Below the pieces are notes generated by a model. That model saw nothing but the letters and a program-made list of their open reading frames with translations. It did not search any database and had not been told where the DNA came from. A stretch of 64,000 bases of DNA from Ptychomitrium polyphyllum (taxonomy: Eukaryota), in NCBI GenBank assembly GCA_973851085.1, contig OZ316776.1, positions 2,666,001-2,730,000 on the forward strand. The letters are read 5' to 3'. Each line of letters opens with the position of its first letter. The first letter of the stretch is position 1. A program made the position numbers and the translations under genes. Shown piece after piece: positions 14,315-29,500 of the stretch.

Positions 14315-17300
14315 TCAATATTGCTTCCCAAGCTCCACCTTCTTCATAACATGCATAGCATTATGCAACATAGAGTCAATAATACCAGCCACCTGCAAAA
14401 ATTATTTTCGAAAATCAGCACTCATGACCTCCCAAACCCTCTGTTTACTTCTTGTTAAGTCCTCGCCATGTTCAATTTCCAATGCCCTCACAAGTTCAAT
14501 AATAATTAATTACAAAACCTTAGTAATAAATGCACTCGCTTCAAAACAACTACCTTACTAGGATGCAGCAACTACCTTACAAAAGAACTTCCTTACTTAT
14601 CAGGATGCAGCAACTAGAACATTACCAAAGAACTCTAGAGTCAAGGGAATTCTAGAAACAGGGTAAATCTCACAGTTCAGAGAAACTCAAGAAGTAATCA
14701 AATTGGCTTGGAAATTTTACCGTGAAGACACCACCAATGATTGCACAAAGATTTGTAATGAAATGTGAAAAAGATTTTGAATTCTCCTTGACCAAAACCT
14801 GCAACAAAAGGACAACAGAATTAGCCCTATCTAGTCACAAAAAAGGATGCCAATTCAGCAGCAAAGCAATAACACTGCCACGAAAGGATCACTATTAACA
14901 CTCGAAGAATAATACTACAGGCGTACCTGCATGGGAGAAAGTTCGTAGTGGAACTTCACCACAGGTGCATTGGTAGCCTGGATCATATTACTGTGTGCGG
15001 TGTAATCATACTGCTCTAGAAATTTTTCAGTCTGTTTCCGATGAAGTGTAAGCACCTCTGTCTTCACGACTTGCAAGTAATGATCATGCTGCGTCCAGGT
15101 AATACATACACAAGTCGATCAGAAATTGAAACACATAGAGTTGTCACGATTTAGAGAGATGTGCAGCCCATTTGCACCCAAATGGACACATCGTGTGAAA
15201 ATTGACATACATCTTAATACAAGGGGTGAAGAAGGACTAAATATCTTCTGGCCTGTAGATATTTACAAATATCCAGATTTGAGAGGTCATAAAACTCGGA
15301 TCTTTGTTGAAGATCTCATTTGCTTGTTTGACTTGCAAAGATATCAGATAACAAGTTCAATTCAGTCTAGTGATTTAAATGAAGGACATCTGAGCAAAAA
15401 CCAAAAAAACGGATTAGCGTAAATACTGCCACATACCGTGATATTTTCATGCTGAGAAGTAAATATATTTCCTGTAAGCCGATCTACGTTCGTGTCCAAC
15501 TCAGGTAACATGTCATTGGCCCAATGAACTGACCGCCAAGATGTCTTTCGACCAAAACTGAAGAAACCAACATAGTGGGTCATGTTCATGTGCGCGGCAT
15601 CAAATGAATGTGCACCAGAATGAGCGGATATCATCAGTTCTCCAGGGACCTGCCATACCAAAAGAGCCGTATTATAATATTGGAACGCATGGACCAGTTG
15701 CACCCTGCACATCCAAAACATGAAAAGAAAGACTCAAACAAGATACAAATACCTACTAATGCTCAGAGATAATGATGGCTCTACTAAACACATTCGCTCA
15801 ATCAGTTTCAGGTCCCGTAGATTTAATTAAACATTATGATTAAGAGCCAAACATGAATAATTACCTTCTTCACACGGACAAACCCTTCAATTCTACAGCC
15901 TCCGGCTTTAGGTGCAGGACGTTTGATGGTCGAATTGGAACTCCCACTGGTACTAGACTTGTCTTCCAGCTGAAACTTTCCATCCACCACAGCTAGAGGG
16001 ACAAGCTCCACCATGAACTATAGATTGCACAAGAGTCGTCAGTGAACCACATTTATAAGCTTTCATGTGTAGATTCTTAAATCTGTAGGAATAGTGGACA
16101 CTATGCCTGCTACTTAAGCAGAAGACTGAATGTCAAAGGCAAAAGATAGGTGTCTTCAAATACAGATAACGTGTCAAAAGTACTTTCACATTTATTAGAA
16201 TGGTATCCATTGAAATTGCTGACTAGGTGAATGATTTTTTTTAATATAGTATCAAAACAGCAAGTTGCAAAGAAATCAAGGGATCAAACTTACAGCAACC
16301 AGGGACTCGGTGTCACGATCCCCATAGTAGGACTCGTGGTCATGTTGCCCATGCTCATCTCTGTAGAAAATCAAGTCAGTACATTCTTGAAGTAGCAGCG
16401 CTAAATATAAAGAGAATATCAAGCGAGAGACGATGAGAGATTTAATGCTGTTGTACATAAACAGTTTATTACTGTATCTACTTACAATAGCATTAAATAG
16501 CAATTATGAAGCATAATCATCTTGATTAGCCACAAGCTTGACTCTAGGAGGGCAACTAACACAGGAAACCTTGGAGCAGAACACCCTTACCCTCTGATGT
16601 TTTAAAACAAGAATCCGCCGTTAATGCAGCCATGTAAAGTTTGCACAGACAACATTCCAAAAGCGGTTATAGGCGATATACTGGGCAATGCTCTTTTGCA
16701 GATGCTGCGTTTCAAATTCAACTGATAATTACTGATATCCATCTCATAATTTCATTTCAACACCTCCACTCCAAGATTCTTCTAAACTCGTATCATTGGC
16801 TCTTTGTTATCTTATAATATATCATTCAAGGCCATATCCATGCTTGAATATAGACTATCTTGCAAATTAAAGATATGCACTTAACATAGAGAAAAGCTGA
16901 GAAAAGCTATATGCACCTGACGTCATGACCTTTGCGGAAAATGCGAATTGATGGATAACCTTGAATATGGTGCCTGCAACCAGCAAATTTAAAAGCAATA
17001 AGACTTAATCCCATTGTAATCCTACTAATAGCTTGTAGACCTCCCAGTAACAACTTCTACATTGTAAATTTAATCATAGATGGTCTGAAGTTAATTTTGC
17101 TCTTCACATCTGGTAGTTCAAGAGAGCTCTTTGCAAGTTGTAAGACAAAACAACAGGAAAGATATGAAAAAGGTCTATATTGATAACATATACATAATAA
17201 ACTCAAAAGAGAACAAGACTAGGCCCAAAGGAATATGTGCGAACAAATGAAAAGAGAAGCTCAGAAACTTACGATCTGCAGAGATCCATATTAATAGTGC

Positions 17301-20300
17301 AGTCAACCTTAGCGAGTAGAATTCTCCCATCCATCTCTGGGTTATATCTATACAGTAAATTTTCAAGGAATCTTTTGATTCAGTACACTTCATACCAGTG
17401 AGCAACGGTGTGCCTATGTGTTGCTGTCATGAATACTGTAACAAAATTGGTGTCATATAATACTAAAATGTTTTTCATAGTAATATTCAAGGTACTAATC
17501 TGTTGAGCCCACTTCCAGACAACATTCAGCTCGTGCACGCCCAAGACAACACGTCTTAAAGCTGAACAGTTTCAAAACAGAGGGTACTACCTGTCAGCAA
17601 TTATTTTGGCGGCTTTCTCCCAAGAAGGTTTCTGCCAGAAAAAATAATAACAGAAGACACAGAATTAGCTCCTCCTTTCTAATTTCTGCACTTCCAAATT
17701 AGATTTGATCATATGGTAGCTGACAATTTTGGAAATTTCATGAGGACAGCAGACAAGGGGAGTCAATATTACAGGGGAACTTCAACCACATGTGAGTTTA
17801 ATGTATCAGATTAGCAGATTAGTAAGGAGGTTAGAAAAAATTGGCACATTGGGATGTCTGATGGCTATAGAACGGAAACGTGGCTAACAACTGAAGCTGC
17901 TGAAAAGCCAGACAAGTGACAGCCCATGCGTAGTTAACTCACCAGCCTATTGCTCCAAGGACACCATGGGGCGTAAAAATTAACAACCAAGACATTAAAC
18001 CTGCAAATCACCAATTAACAGATTTTTGTCAGCATCACAAAAGCATGTACAGCTGGAGTAGTAGAAACGCAACCTAAGAAGCTCTTCAACTTCCACTCTT
18101 GAAGAGCCAGTCTTCAACCTAGAACAAAAACCAAAAAGGGAGCAAACAAATTACTAAGACTAGATATTGATTATAGCTCTGCAGATCTTACTGCTTGCTG
18201 TATGTATCAAATGTGTTCTTGTTGAGCTCCACCGCACCCTCCCCAAGATGCTCGAAGATGTCCTCTTCGGTTACTTCGTCACCGTGACTTTTGAGGCTTG
18301 GAACAGAACCTGAATGAAACTCCTCGAGCCCTATACGTTGCAATCGCGGATCGATGGGGTATTTCCTTACAGTTTTTGTCAAATTGAATCTATGCTGCAA
18401 TCAAATCGAAACAAAGCAGTTTACAGACATTTCTTTAAAAGAACCTCACTCCTGGTGGTCGCCACTAAGTGTGAACACATCCGAGAACTCAGATCTACAT
18501 CCCATTCCAATTTGACAAGCAAACATTAGTCACACCTTATCAAATTACTACTCACCAGTAAACGTTTCGAAAACTCACGTGACAAATGCCCTTTCTCATA
18601 CACGAAATCGACAATTCATGAGATGCCCCTCCAAATGCTCTCTAAACGGACTATGACAAAGAAACTTACTGTGCCTAGAGCATCGCTGACGTCCACTGAA
18701 GCAAATTCACATGATAGAGCTGGAAAGCTGCAGATAAAAAATGAACGCCCCATAAGCCCACATCATTAAAGATTAAGTTGGACAAGTTCTACAGATTGAG
18801 AGTGTTGATATCCTTAGTAGAATCACCCATTCTAAAGACACTGTGCACTGCTTCGGGTTTTGTTCCGAGCCTTAATATAATCATGTTTCAACGGGTTCTC
18901 AATACGAGACCTACAGATTGCAGGAATTCAGACTACTTCAAGAACACAACTGAAAAAACTACACTCGTGTGTCAGGATAGAACATGTTCTGATAATTCTC
19001 AACAACTCCACTAACGTCTGTTCAAATGCTTGATATCTTTTTACTTAAAGCAATAGCAAAATGAACATGAGCAGAAACCTCAAGTTGAAGTCAATCCGCA
19101 AATAGTCCCCATCCCTACTTCTGTCAACCACCACAGTGGTCGAGGTGGTAGTCGACAAGTAAGCGCTCAGCTCCTACATATCCAACAAATAAAAAAGCAT
19201 CACATAAGACAACTATAGGAAGTAACATCATGCAATGCTCAAGGTACAACAAGTCCACAAGATGAAAACAGATCCCAATAAACGGACGGAAAAAGATTAC
19301 GTATAGGAAAGTTCAACTAAATTATTCTCTGGTCACGATATTGTGGTCACTCCTAAACACGTTCTCAGACTCCTTAAGACCACAATCCTCCCCACATTGT
19401 TATACACACAATGGACAGCAAAGGCATAATCTCCAGAACGTACCATTCCAAAAAGGAACACCATAGCAAGTGCAGCTAGGATTGATAATCCTGCCCCAGA
19501 TAGAGATGCCTCTGTCAAATCCCTCGGTATTTTCCTGTGTAAAATACAAAACCCTCCAGAGTCTTAGTATAATGCATATGTAAGAATATGCCAACGTCAT
19601 TAACCCTCACAGGAGGGTATGTTCAACTTTAACTAAGTCCACAAATATGGAAACGAATACTATACAGATTAATCTCTGTCGTGATATTTTTTCAAATTTT
19701 TAACTATGAAGATCCGAACCACCTACCACCAACGGATAGTTCATTGTAAAACAAGCGCTCTACCACAATCAAAAACATCAGTATCCACCAGGAGGTGGCG
19801 TACGATATATTTAAACATTAGAAGCCCGCCAAAAAACTCGGTCACCAAAACTTTAGCAAGAGGAACCGATGATATGCAAAATCACAATTCACTCTCTAAT
19901 GCTCATTCTCACAAGCCTTTCCCACAGGTAACAGAAACTTCTCCTATTCCACATCAAGCACTGTTTGCATTCACGTGCATCAACCAACACCCCTGATTCA
20001 AGAACCTCGATCTCAGAAGCACCATCCGACTCGGAGCTACGACGAGCTTGCAGCATGCAGATACCGATTACAATAAACACGCCAATGCAGGCTCCACTCG
20101 ACTCAGAAGAAAACCGAAACACGAATTCTCTCCAGCCACTGTTCACAGTAAACCAACTCGGCTCCCAAAACACTTCACCACGTGAATGCGAGCCGCCAAA
20201 ACCTCACCCACCAAATCTCACCCTATTCATCTCATACAGACAACACCTCCCGGCCAGCTCCCGATGTAGGGCGAACCGACAATAGCTCCAAAATTTCACC

Positions 20301-20579
20301 ACTACATTGCACGATTGCACCCAAAACTCAGTCCCCTAACGCAAAACCCCCTCTCGCCACACCCCAGGTGCAAAATTGCCCTTAAAATCCCCCATAAACC
20401 CTAACACGAGGAAAACTCCACCCAACCGACGAATTCCATAAACGCGATCTCAACCCAGAACCCTAGCGCACCACGAACCCAACCCCCACAGCGAAGGCCC
20501 CTCCATAGTGAGTTGTGCGGAATCTGTTAGGGGCGCACCTGTAGAAGTCGATGGACTTGATTTTGCTGGTGGATACCAT
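14315..20579 (-). CDS. PDIL5-4: PDI-C / PDIL5-3/5-4-type protein: ERGIC_N + thioredoxin (CxxS) + COPII-coated ERV domain, two TM segments, ~489 aa, 15 exons
   Basis: Phase-consistent exons 20579-20539, 19534-19444, 19173-19079, 18727-18670, 18394-18192, 18000-17943, 17631-17591, 17347-17273, 16973-16917, 16360-16294, 16017-15865, 15649-15437, 15088-14927, 14798-14721, 14392-14315. Motifs include KIKSIDFYRKIPRDLTEASLSGA, NFYAPWCPWSNRL, GGCRIEGFVRVKKVPG, KFHYELSPMQV, HFITNLCAIIGGVFTVAGIID and C-terminal KKVELGKQY. Confidence 0.95.
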
Positions 20580-21399
20580 GGCTGCAGCACCCTGGCCAGG
20601 ACGGAAGGATCCGCGGGGGAGAGTGGAGCCGGCGCGGGTCGCTAGCACATGGATCTGCGGAAGCTGGACCCAATTGCGAACGCACTGGACTGCGGGAGTG
20701 TGAGTGAGCGCGTGACCGACCGTGTGCTGCGCGAGGAGAATCTGGGCGTGGTGCGGCCGGACCGCTGATGCGACTGTTGATGGCGATCGCGCAGCGGCAC
20801 CGGCGTAGCGACCTTGCTATAGTTCCACCCGTGACGACACCGGCTCTCCCAACTCCCGCTCGCGGGGAGTGAGTCGTCTACCGCTGCCACTGCCGCTGCC
20901 GCTGCGTCCGCGTCCGCGTCGGAGACAGCGTCAGCGTCTGCGCCTGTGGCGGTGGCTGCGTGTGCTAGGCCATGCACCGCCGTAACGCGGACCAGCCGAT
21001 ATGCGGGCCCTCACATACGCCGGGTATCTGCGTGCAGGGGTTCGGCGTACCCGGCGGTGCCTATTCAGCCTCACGTCGTCGTCCGGGTTTCAATTGGAGC
21101 CTCACGTCCTGTGGCTGGAACCTGTCCCATGGAGCTCCGCAGTGCTGAGAGGGAGGCACGGTGTTTTGGAGCCGACAATGCTGCAGACATGCCGTCTGAT
21201 AGCTCTTCGCGTGGTGCTTTGGCACAACCTTCGCACCACTTGACCTGCTTCTGGACTATTTCAAGTTGTGCAGATTTAGCTCACGGTGCACACTTGTGGA
21301 GAGTGGGAATCAATCCAGAACCCTAATTGTGAATTGGAAGAATTGGTGCAAGCCCAAAATTATAAGCTAGAGGTTAATCTCCAATATTGAGATTAGGCA

Positions 21400-24300
21400 A
21401 ATGTTTTTACAAGGATCTAATTGTACCTACCCAAGATTTATTATTGCAAGGAAAGAAACCAATATTCAGGTGCCCCAAGAAGTTGTAGTAGTAGATGTAC
21501 AATTCCTAAATAATATTGTAATGATTGCAAATTTTTTAGAATGCAAACTTGCAATCACTCCATTCTTAGATTAATTACAACAACTCTATACTAAGCTTAT
21601 TAAAAGATCAATTACGGTAAATAAAATGTTGCAAAATGGATTTTTTTGCTTAAATGTGAACAAGATAGAAGTAATAAGGGAGGTTTTGGTGTTGACCGTA
21701 CATAAGAACATGAACACAACATGCATCTTTGAATGATGGACATTCCACTTTAATCTTGTGAATAAATTAGATTAAATTAAATTAATCCACTAATTCCACA
21801 TTCAAAACTTTAAGATTTTATAAACAATCCATAAGTATTACTTCATAAACATTACAAAAAAATTAGCAATCCATGTACATTAGATAAAGAACTAAAGGTA
21901 TTAATGGTTGCTTCAAATGAAGCTTCCAACCCAAGAGCTATAATGTCATAAGAGAAGAAACATCTTCAATAAACATTCATAAGTTTAACAAGCAGATCAA
22001 TTAAGTGTTTAACAAATAAACATTTTTAATGTGAAAAATAAAATGGTCATGGAGATATTTGTGGGCCCTTCAAACAACATCTATGAGAAATTGGATGGTA
22101 AAAGTGAAAAATATCCATCTAACGCCATCATTCTAAAGTCATAGCAACCAATCTTTACACCCACCTTCTATAATATGTTAGTAGTAGAAGGAAATTAGGA
22201 TTTTATAGAAAATATAATAAAGAATATAATAAAGATCAAATATTAGAAGAAATACATAAGTAAATAAAGACATTAGCAAAGCGATTGGAAATAAGATGAA
22301 TGCTGAATAAAAAGAAGACTAGATCAATATATGTATCTTCAAATAAAGGCATATATTCATAATAGAAATTAGGACTTACTTCATTTTGAAAGACAATATA
22401 CAACATTGTCATTTCATTGTAGCAATTGAATTAGAACTACAAAATTGAGGCCAATGTTGGGGTATATAAGATGTACATATTTATAGATAAGGATGATATA
22501 TGAGAAGCAATAAAATCCATCTAAAAATGCATTAAAAATTTAAAAATTAAAAATTAATTAATTAATTTTTATTTTTTTTTGCTAGAGTGCACAATCTCAT
22601 TATTTTTTTTTTTAAAATTGCAAGGAATTGACCAAAAAGAACAATAAATGGTCAGCACAAAGGTTATTAAATGCAAAGAAATCAATGACGAATTCTTACA
22701 ATACTATAGGAATTTCTTTAATGAATAGGAACAAGGTAAAGAGGCAATTGAAACAAAAAAAAGATTAGAGATATTATTCATGAGCATATTAAAAATGATA
22801 GATCACAAACTAAAGAAACTGTTTATTAAAGTAAAACAATTTTAATAGATGTGCAAGATGTACAAAAAAAACACCAAGTTTAGATTTGGAATAAAATTTG
22901 GATAAACTATATCCAAATTATAAAGCATATTGAACAATTTAGAATATTTTTAAGTAGTGTCATTGAGGCATCATTATTTTAATTCAAAACTACAAATAAA
23001 AATTGCCAATTAATTGGAAGTCTATAAAATTTTATAAATAAATTTTATAAATATTATTTATAAAATCTAAGAATTTTTGCAATTTATTATTAAAATAACA
23101 TTTTCAATAGCTATTCAATAAATTTTGGATTTTTTTAAAGAATTATGAATGTTTTTAAAAATTGAGAGTATGATGGCAGCTTGCCAATATTCAATAGTTA
23201 TTATTTAAATTTTTTATGAAAAGAGTTAATTGTATTGATCTAATTTTAAATCAATAATTTATATTTAGACTTTAGAATCTCAGTTGTTACTATATTCATT
23301 TTTCTTCAATGATTTGGTTATGTATTTAATAGTTTTAAGTCATAAATCATTTTTTAATTTTAGAACTTTAAAAAATCCATACTTAATTGAATTGAATTAA
23401 GGAAGTTTAATAAAACACCATTTTTTTCGAGCTTAAATTATTCAAGGCCTATAATAAAAACTTGGTGGTTTTTATTCAACACCATAAAGACAATGGATTC
23501 TTCTAGTGAATTTGTTGAAGTAGTGCACATCACCTTTGAAAAGTGAAAACAACAATTAATATCAATGGACAATCTTAAATTACAATCTTTATTTAAAAAG
23601 GAATCCTTTTAATTTCACATTGACAATTTATTTATTTTTCATACAAAGATCAAATAAGCAATTCATTCTTTTTTATTACTAAAAAAAAATCTTTTGCATA
23701 TTTTGCATAATATCTAATCTCATAAAAATTAGAATAAATTTAGGTGCCTATTAAATTGGAATAAAATCTTCCATTCATTTGTTGTCTCTTACAACTGGAT
23801 GTAGGTTGTAAAAAGTTAAATCTTGAAACCTTTAAAAACACTTTTTGGTTTTCTAATATTAGATAAATAAAGCAATCAATTTCCAAATAAAAAATTAGTT
23901 AAGAATTTAAAATATTTAATCACAACCAAACTATCAATTTGACAAAGACTTGTATTAAATCAAATATAATTTTAAATATGTATTATTTTATAAGGCTTTA
24001 AATAGGATCTCATAAGGTCAACAAGAGCTTCTATGGAACTACTTGTGGTTGAGGTACAAACATTGATTTTCTAAAAAAATAGCTTAAAAGATGTACATCT
24101 TGATAAAAATGATAAGTGACCTCAATTTAATTAACCTTTACAATACTTTTAATTGATTGTAGAATAAGTAGATGGTCAAAGCTTGTAAGCAAGATTACTC
24201 TACTTTATTCATCTTCCTATGTTATAAAGTCTCTAGAATAAAACAAGTAAATGTATATATAAAAAGAAGCACAAATTAAATTTAACTTTGTGCTGAGAGG

Positions 24301-26400
24301 TGAATTTATATAGAAGATCATTCAAAATATAATCTTTCATATTTTTGAGTATTATTGATGAATAAGAACAACAATGATGGTTATGAAAATGGATAAATTT
24401 ATACGCATTAGCTATAATGGTCATGTTCTTATCACCTAAATTCCAAGCAACTTCTTCTAGTTGTATGCACAAATACATGCGTCTCATTTTTTCAATTTAA
24501 TGGATTAATATGCATATTAAGTTCATTGGCCCAAACCTTAATTTCCAATTTATACCTAAACAAATGATTTATGTTTAACCTCATGATTTGAGCAATGATA
24601 GATGAGGATATGTTACAAAGGATTAATAAACTTACATAGTCTAAAAGATCAAAGTGATATAAATGACAAAATTTTGCCTTAGAGTGGACAGGATAATATT
24701 ACATAGACATTTGGCATCCCTCAAAGGCAATTATAATTTGGAATGGCCCTCTTAGCTTCTACATAACAGTCAATGCAACCCAAGAGATCCCAATGTTTAT
24801 TATAATATTTAATGGAATTAAGGTTTTTTTGCACATAATATGCCAAAAGAATATAGGAAGCTTAGCACCATTTAGTCTATTCTAAAAAAGCTTATTTAAT
24901 AGGCAATTATAGTTGGTAAATAAACATGTTTATTTATATTGGTAGATATATTTAGTGGCAGCAACATAAACAAAGTAAATAAGGTGGATTGGCTCATTTT
25001 TTAACTTTTATTGTATTTATTTAATTTTTTATTTTGATTTGGATGTTCTTTCTTGAAGTTTCTTGGCTTCTTTTTTACTAATTGAGTTCAGGTCTTTCTT
25101 GCAATAAGTACTATTTTCATTTGTGCCAAAAAATTTATTTGTTATGTAACTAATATCTTAATATGCATCCTACAAGCTACTCTATGAGGCTAAGGAATAA
25201 AATGAGCAATGCTTCAATTCAATTGTTGATCATGTAGGCATGCTTATAGAATCTTTTTATTCTTTATTCACAATCTTTATGCTAGATAATTGGTTAATTC
25301 AAACTTTTGAATTATAAAAGTATTCAATATAAATTGACACTTTTGAGCATTATTTTAGAAATTCTTCAATGAAATTGATTGCCATATACATAAGATTCTT
25401 TCATATTTTGAAACAAGTAGAATCTTTTGTAAACTCAAGCATAATTTTATCCAAAGATTCATACGAAATCTTATATTTTTTTTCATCTCATTTGTGTATA
25501 TGATTAGACCACAAATAATACAAGAATATTTCATCTACTTGATTGGATTTCATATTTTAATATAAGAGTCTTTAAGTCATTCATCTACTTTGTAAAAAGA
25601 ATAAGATAAATTCACATAATTTTATTAATGAAGAAAATGAATACGCTTGATGAAAAAATAAAATTGATAATTATTTTATTATAATAAGAAAAGAAATGGA
25701 TAAAAAAATAAAATTTGTGAAAATATTATAACCTTTCATATTTGAAAGGATTTGTAAAGATACAAATGCAATAATAATTTAAAACATTGTTTACCTATAT
25801 ATATGAATTGTTTATTTAAATGATTAATTTTTCAAATATAATTTAATATTAAAAAATCCACACTACAATCAACTTACTTTTTTAATGAATGACCACATAT
25901 AATTTCTGAGTATAATTTTTACAAAAATGAAGTAAAAAATGTCACAATATTGTTTAATATGCCTATTGTTCAATTAACATGGTAAGGGAAATTTAAAACT
26001 GTGGTAGTTCCACATCCAACATAAAGCCAATATTATTAAAAAGTGGCAAAAGGTGGCCAAATGTCGTCTTTCATGGTTAGTTTAAAACACGAAAGCTTTG
26101 CACTAGCACAATCTGTTAAATTATAAATTTTGGATTAAAACAAAATGAAGTATAAATGTTTCAAACAAATGACCATCAATTCCAACAAAACTTGTCCTAA
26201 AATATTGTGTAGTTTTCTGACTAAATTTCTTAATAAAAATCAAATATAATTTCATAAACCATCTTTTTGATTTAATTTTGCACTCAATAAGAACCATATT
26301 AAAAATTTCAAAATTAATATAAACGTTTAGACTTAATTTTTTTTAAAGTATTTAAAGAAAATTTTCAATTATATAATGTAACATATTTATAACCAAAATG
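21400..26400. repeat. Very AT-rich degenerate block, probably decayed transposon DNA of unassigned class
   Basis: Same extreme AT richness and CpG depletion as the Gypsy remnants; no diagnostic motif could be read. Confidence 0.45.
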
Positions 26401-26521
26401 AATAATATAAGAAGTGATATTTATTAAATTCATTTTTGATATACAAATTGAATAATATAAATACAAATCAATAGTTGTAATTCAATTTGTTATTATTGCT
26501 TTGCATTAAGGCAAATGGATT

Positions 26522-29500
26522 TTAATTGGAAAAGCTTGGCAAAGCAGTAGGATGGCTTTTGAAGAACCATTCTTTAATAGGAAGTTCATGTTTGGTTCTA
26601 TTGCACTTTGGCAATACTCGGATTTTTCGTGGTCCAACATTAAATCTCCGTGCTTTGGCCGCAAATACATCATTTAAAACAGTCCTCTATAACAATTCAA
26701 ACTATTAAATAATGTATGGAAGACAAAGGAAAAAATCCTTTGGTTATGTAAAGGAACCAATTAAAATAAATTTTCTATTCATTCTATTTGTAAGCACTTG
26801 TTTACTAGACATAAGTCAATGGTATAAAATTATACTATTTTCTTAAGGATGGACACAATTTGTCACATTAATATCAATGTAGAAATAAAATGATTTTAGT
26901 TTTATTAAAAAATTTAACATAAATTAAAAGTTGATTCATATGAGGCTTTTAAATTAATGCTTTTCAATAGTAATAATACAAAGCTATTATAAATTAAAAA
27001 TACAATTTCATTTTTTTGGACTTTATTTTAAAAAAAGAAGTATTCTTTAAAAATTCCTAGGCTATATTTTAGAAATATTGGAAGTAGTTTTTAAAGTAAT
27101 GGCATTATTTTGAAGATGGATTCTATGCTATATAATCATATACTAATCTTTAGCCTAACAAATATAAATAAGGAATTTAAAAGTAAAAAGACTTCATGAT
27201 TATTCTTTAAAAAAATTAGTTACATTTTATAACATAAATTATATTGATTAAGATAAATGTTGTAAAAAAGATTAATGAACCTTTTTTAATTTGAATTTAA
27301 TTCCAAAAAAGAATTGGTTGTATTTTTTAAGGATAATTGTATACCTTGTATCTCTCCCACTTTTGAGTTCTTTTGTAGTTTCTAAACATTTCTTTTTTCT
27401 TTTTATATTCCTTCAAAAATATGAATATGGACACCATATAAATTACAAGTTTTTCAACTAAATTACATTGAATTGAATTTAAATATATGGATAATCTTAA
27501 ATATAAATTTATTCTTCTATCAATAGTTTCAATTCATTACTATAGCTTTTCTATTTATAGATTAAAATATTTTTATTTATAAAAAATAATTGTGTAATAT
27601 ACATAATTAAAAAAAATAAAATTTAAGGTTTTTTTAATATAGTTTTTTAAAATTATATTGGTTTTCAATTGGAATTTTGAAAAATGACATTTACATTCTT
27701 ATTTATTACATGATGCTAATGAATATTATATTGGCTTACCATAGATTTGAAAACCTTTAAAACTTGACGATCACAATGTCGATGAAAGTCCCACTTTGTA
27801 AGGACAAGTGTTTCTACCATACTCACTGAAACAATGCTTGCAGCTCGTTTTGAGGTTGTCATAAGTCCTTTCTAAATGTGAATATTCATCACATCATTTA
27901 TAATGATAAATTGAATGATTTTTATTAAAGAAAAAAGTAGTAAAAATCAAACCATCAAAACTAACATTTTAAATGATATTCTTATATATAATATTATAAT
28001 ATACAACATAAATTATGTCATTTGGTTCATTCAATTAATGTAGTAAAAGATTAGACTAAAATTATGTTTTACTAATGCATTTAAATATTTTCTTCTTTTA
28101 TTGTCACCTCTCCAAAATATTCTCCAGCTTTAAGACATCCAATGTCAAGAATAGAAGATGTTTTGCTATGACCAAGAGGATTATATTGAGACCTTCCATC
28201 CTTTCCACGCCCCTTTTTAAGCTTCATTATTCCACTTGTAGTAATTCCTGGCATAAAACTCATCTCACTAGTATCTTCTATTTCTGTATTTGACAAAAAC
28301 TTCTTTTCTCTATCAATAATGTATCTGGCCCATTTTTCAAACTTTTCTTTATAATAAGCATTTCCTTCTCCTATTATTCCGGGAATCTTTTGATCTCCAT
28401 GTAGTCCCATTTGCCATAATCTATGTTCTTTTTCACCAAACTCTGCTGCCTTGGCTTCTTGTTCCTTAGAACATAGTAAAAATTAAAACGTTATTAAAAG
28501 CAAGATATGAGGTTTTCCAATAAATCTACAATTTAAAAAGATTTGATTATTGTATAGACACTGTAAATAATCCTTTCTTATAAAATTTGGCATTTGTAAA
28601 AATTCGCTAAGTGAAACATGGCATAGAACATTTTCATAACAATTTCAAACAACACTTAAAACAACTTGCAACCACTGAAACAATACTAAAATGATATTGA
28701 TTAAAAATAACAACGTTGCTATATTAAGGCCTAGTGTTAACATGTTACATCCCTGTTAGATCTTTTTGAATTGTCTGCATTGAAATCTGGGATTCTCGTT
28801 TCCAAATAAAGTTCCTAAATCTCCACAGGAGGACCAGAAGTTTTAGATAAAACATGTAAGACTTCGCAAAGGCAAGGCTGCAAGAGTGGTGGGGCCCACA
28901 TGGAAGCTGCCCCTAACAAGACTACCTTGCGGTGGCAGTCATGAAGGAACAGCCGCAGCGAGTACTTGTTCTTTTTGGCCCGTTTCTCCCCGTACACATC
29001 CGAGAATTGAACCTGCATCAGCGAGAACCGGGTCGCCGGCTGGCTGGTCAGCGGTACCCCACCGACGAACGGCCAGTGCATCACGTCCTCCTTCTCTGTT
29101 GGGAACGGCGGAGTCAGCTTGTCCTTCAAATTTAACGTCCCCGACTTCGTCATGGCCTCGATGGAGCCCCGCGGGGATCCCCACTCCGACGGACGATCCT
29201 CGTCCAGTACCTCGTTCGTCCGAATCTCGCCCATGCCGCCAATCGGGATGCGCTCTAACGTCGTCGCCCGCTTCATGCTCCTGATGCCGACGGCTTTCGT
29301 CGTCGAGCTGCGGCGCCGGGGCTGCGTGCTCGAGGTGGAGCGGCGGCGCGCGGGCGGGTCCGTGACGGGCGTGATCTCGCTCTGGCACCGCTTCACCGAC
29401 GCCGCCACAGACTTCCGCTTGGACTTGCGGCGCTTCACTAGGCTGAACACGGCGTCTGGGTTGCGCAGGATGGCGGCGCCGAGACCCTTGGGTAGCTGGT

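Noticed and set aside
20642..21326. GC-rich ORFs with Ala/Asp repeats
   Set aside because: Explained by the GC-rich promoter/5' region of the PDI-C gene and simple GCC/GCGTCC repeats.
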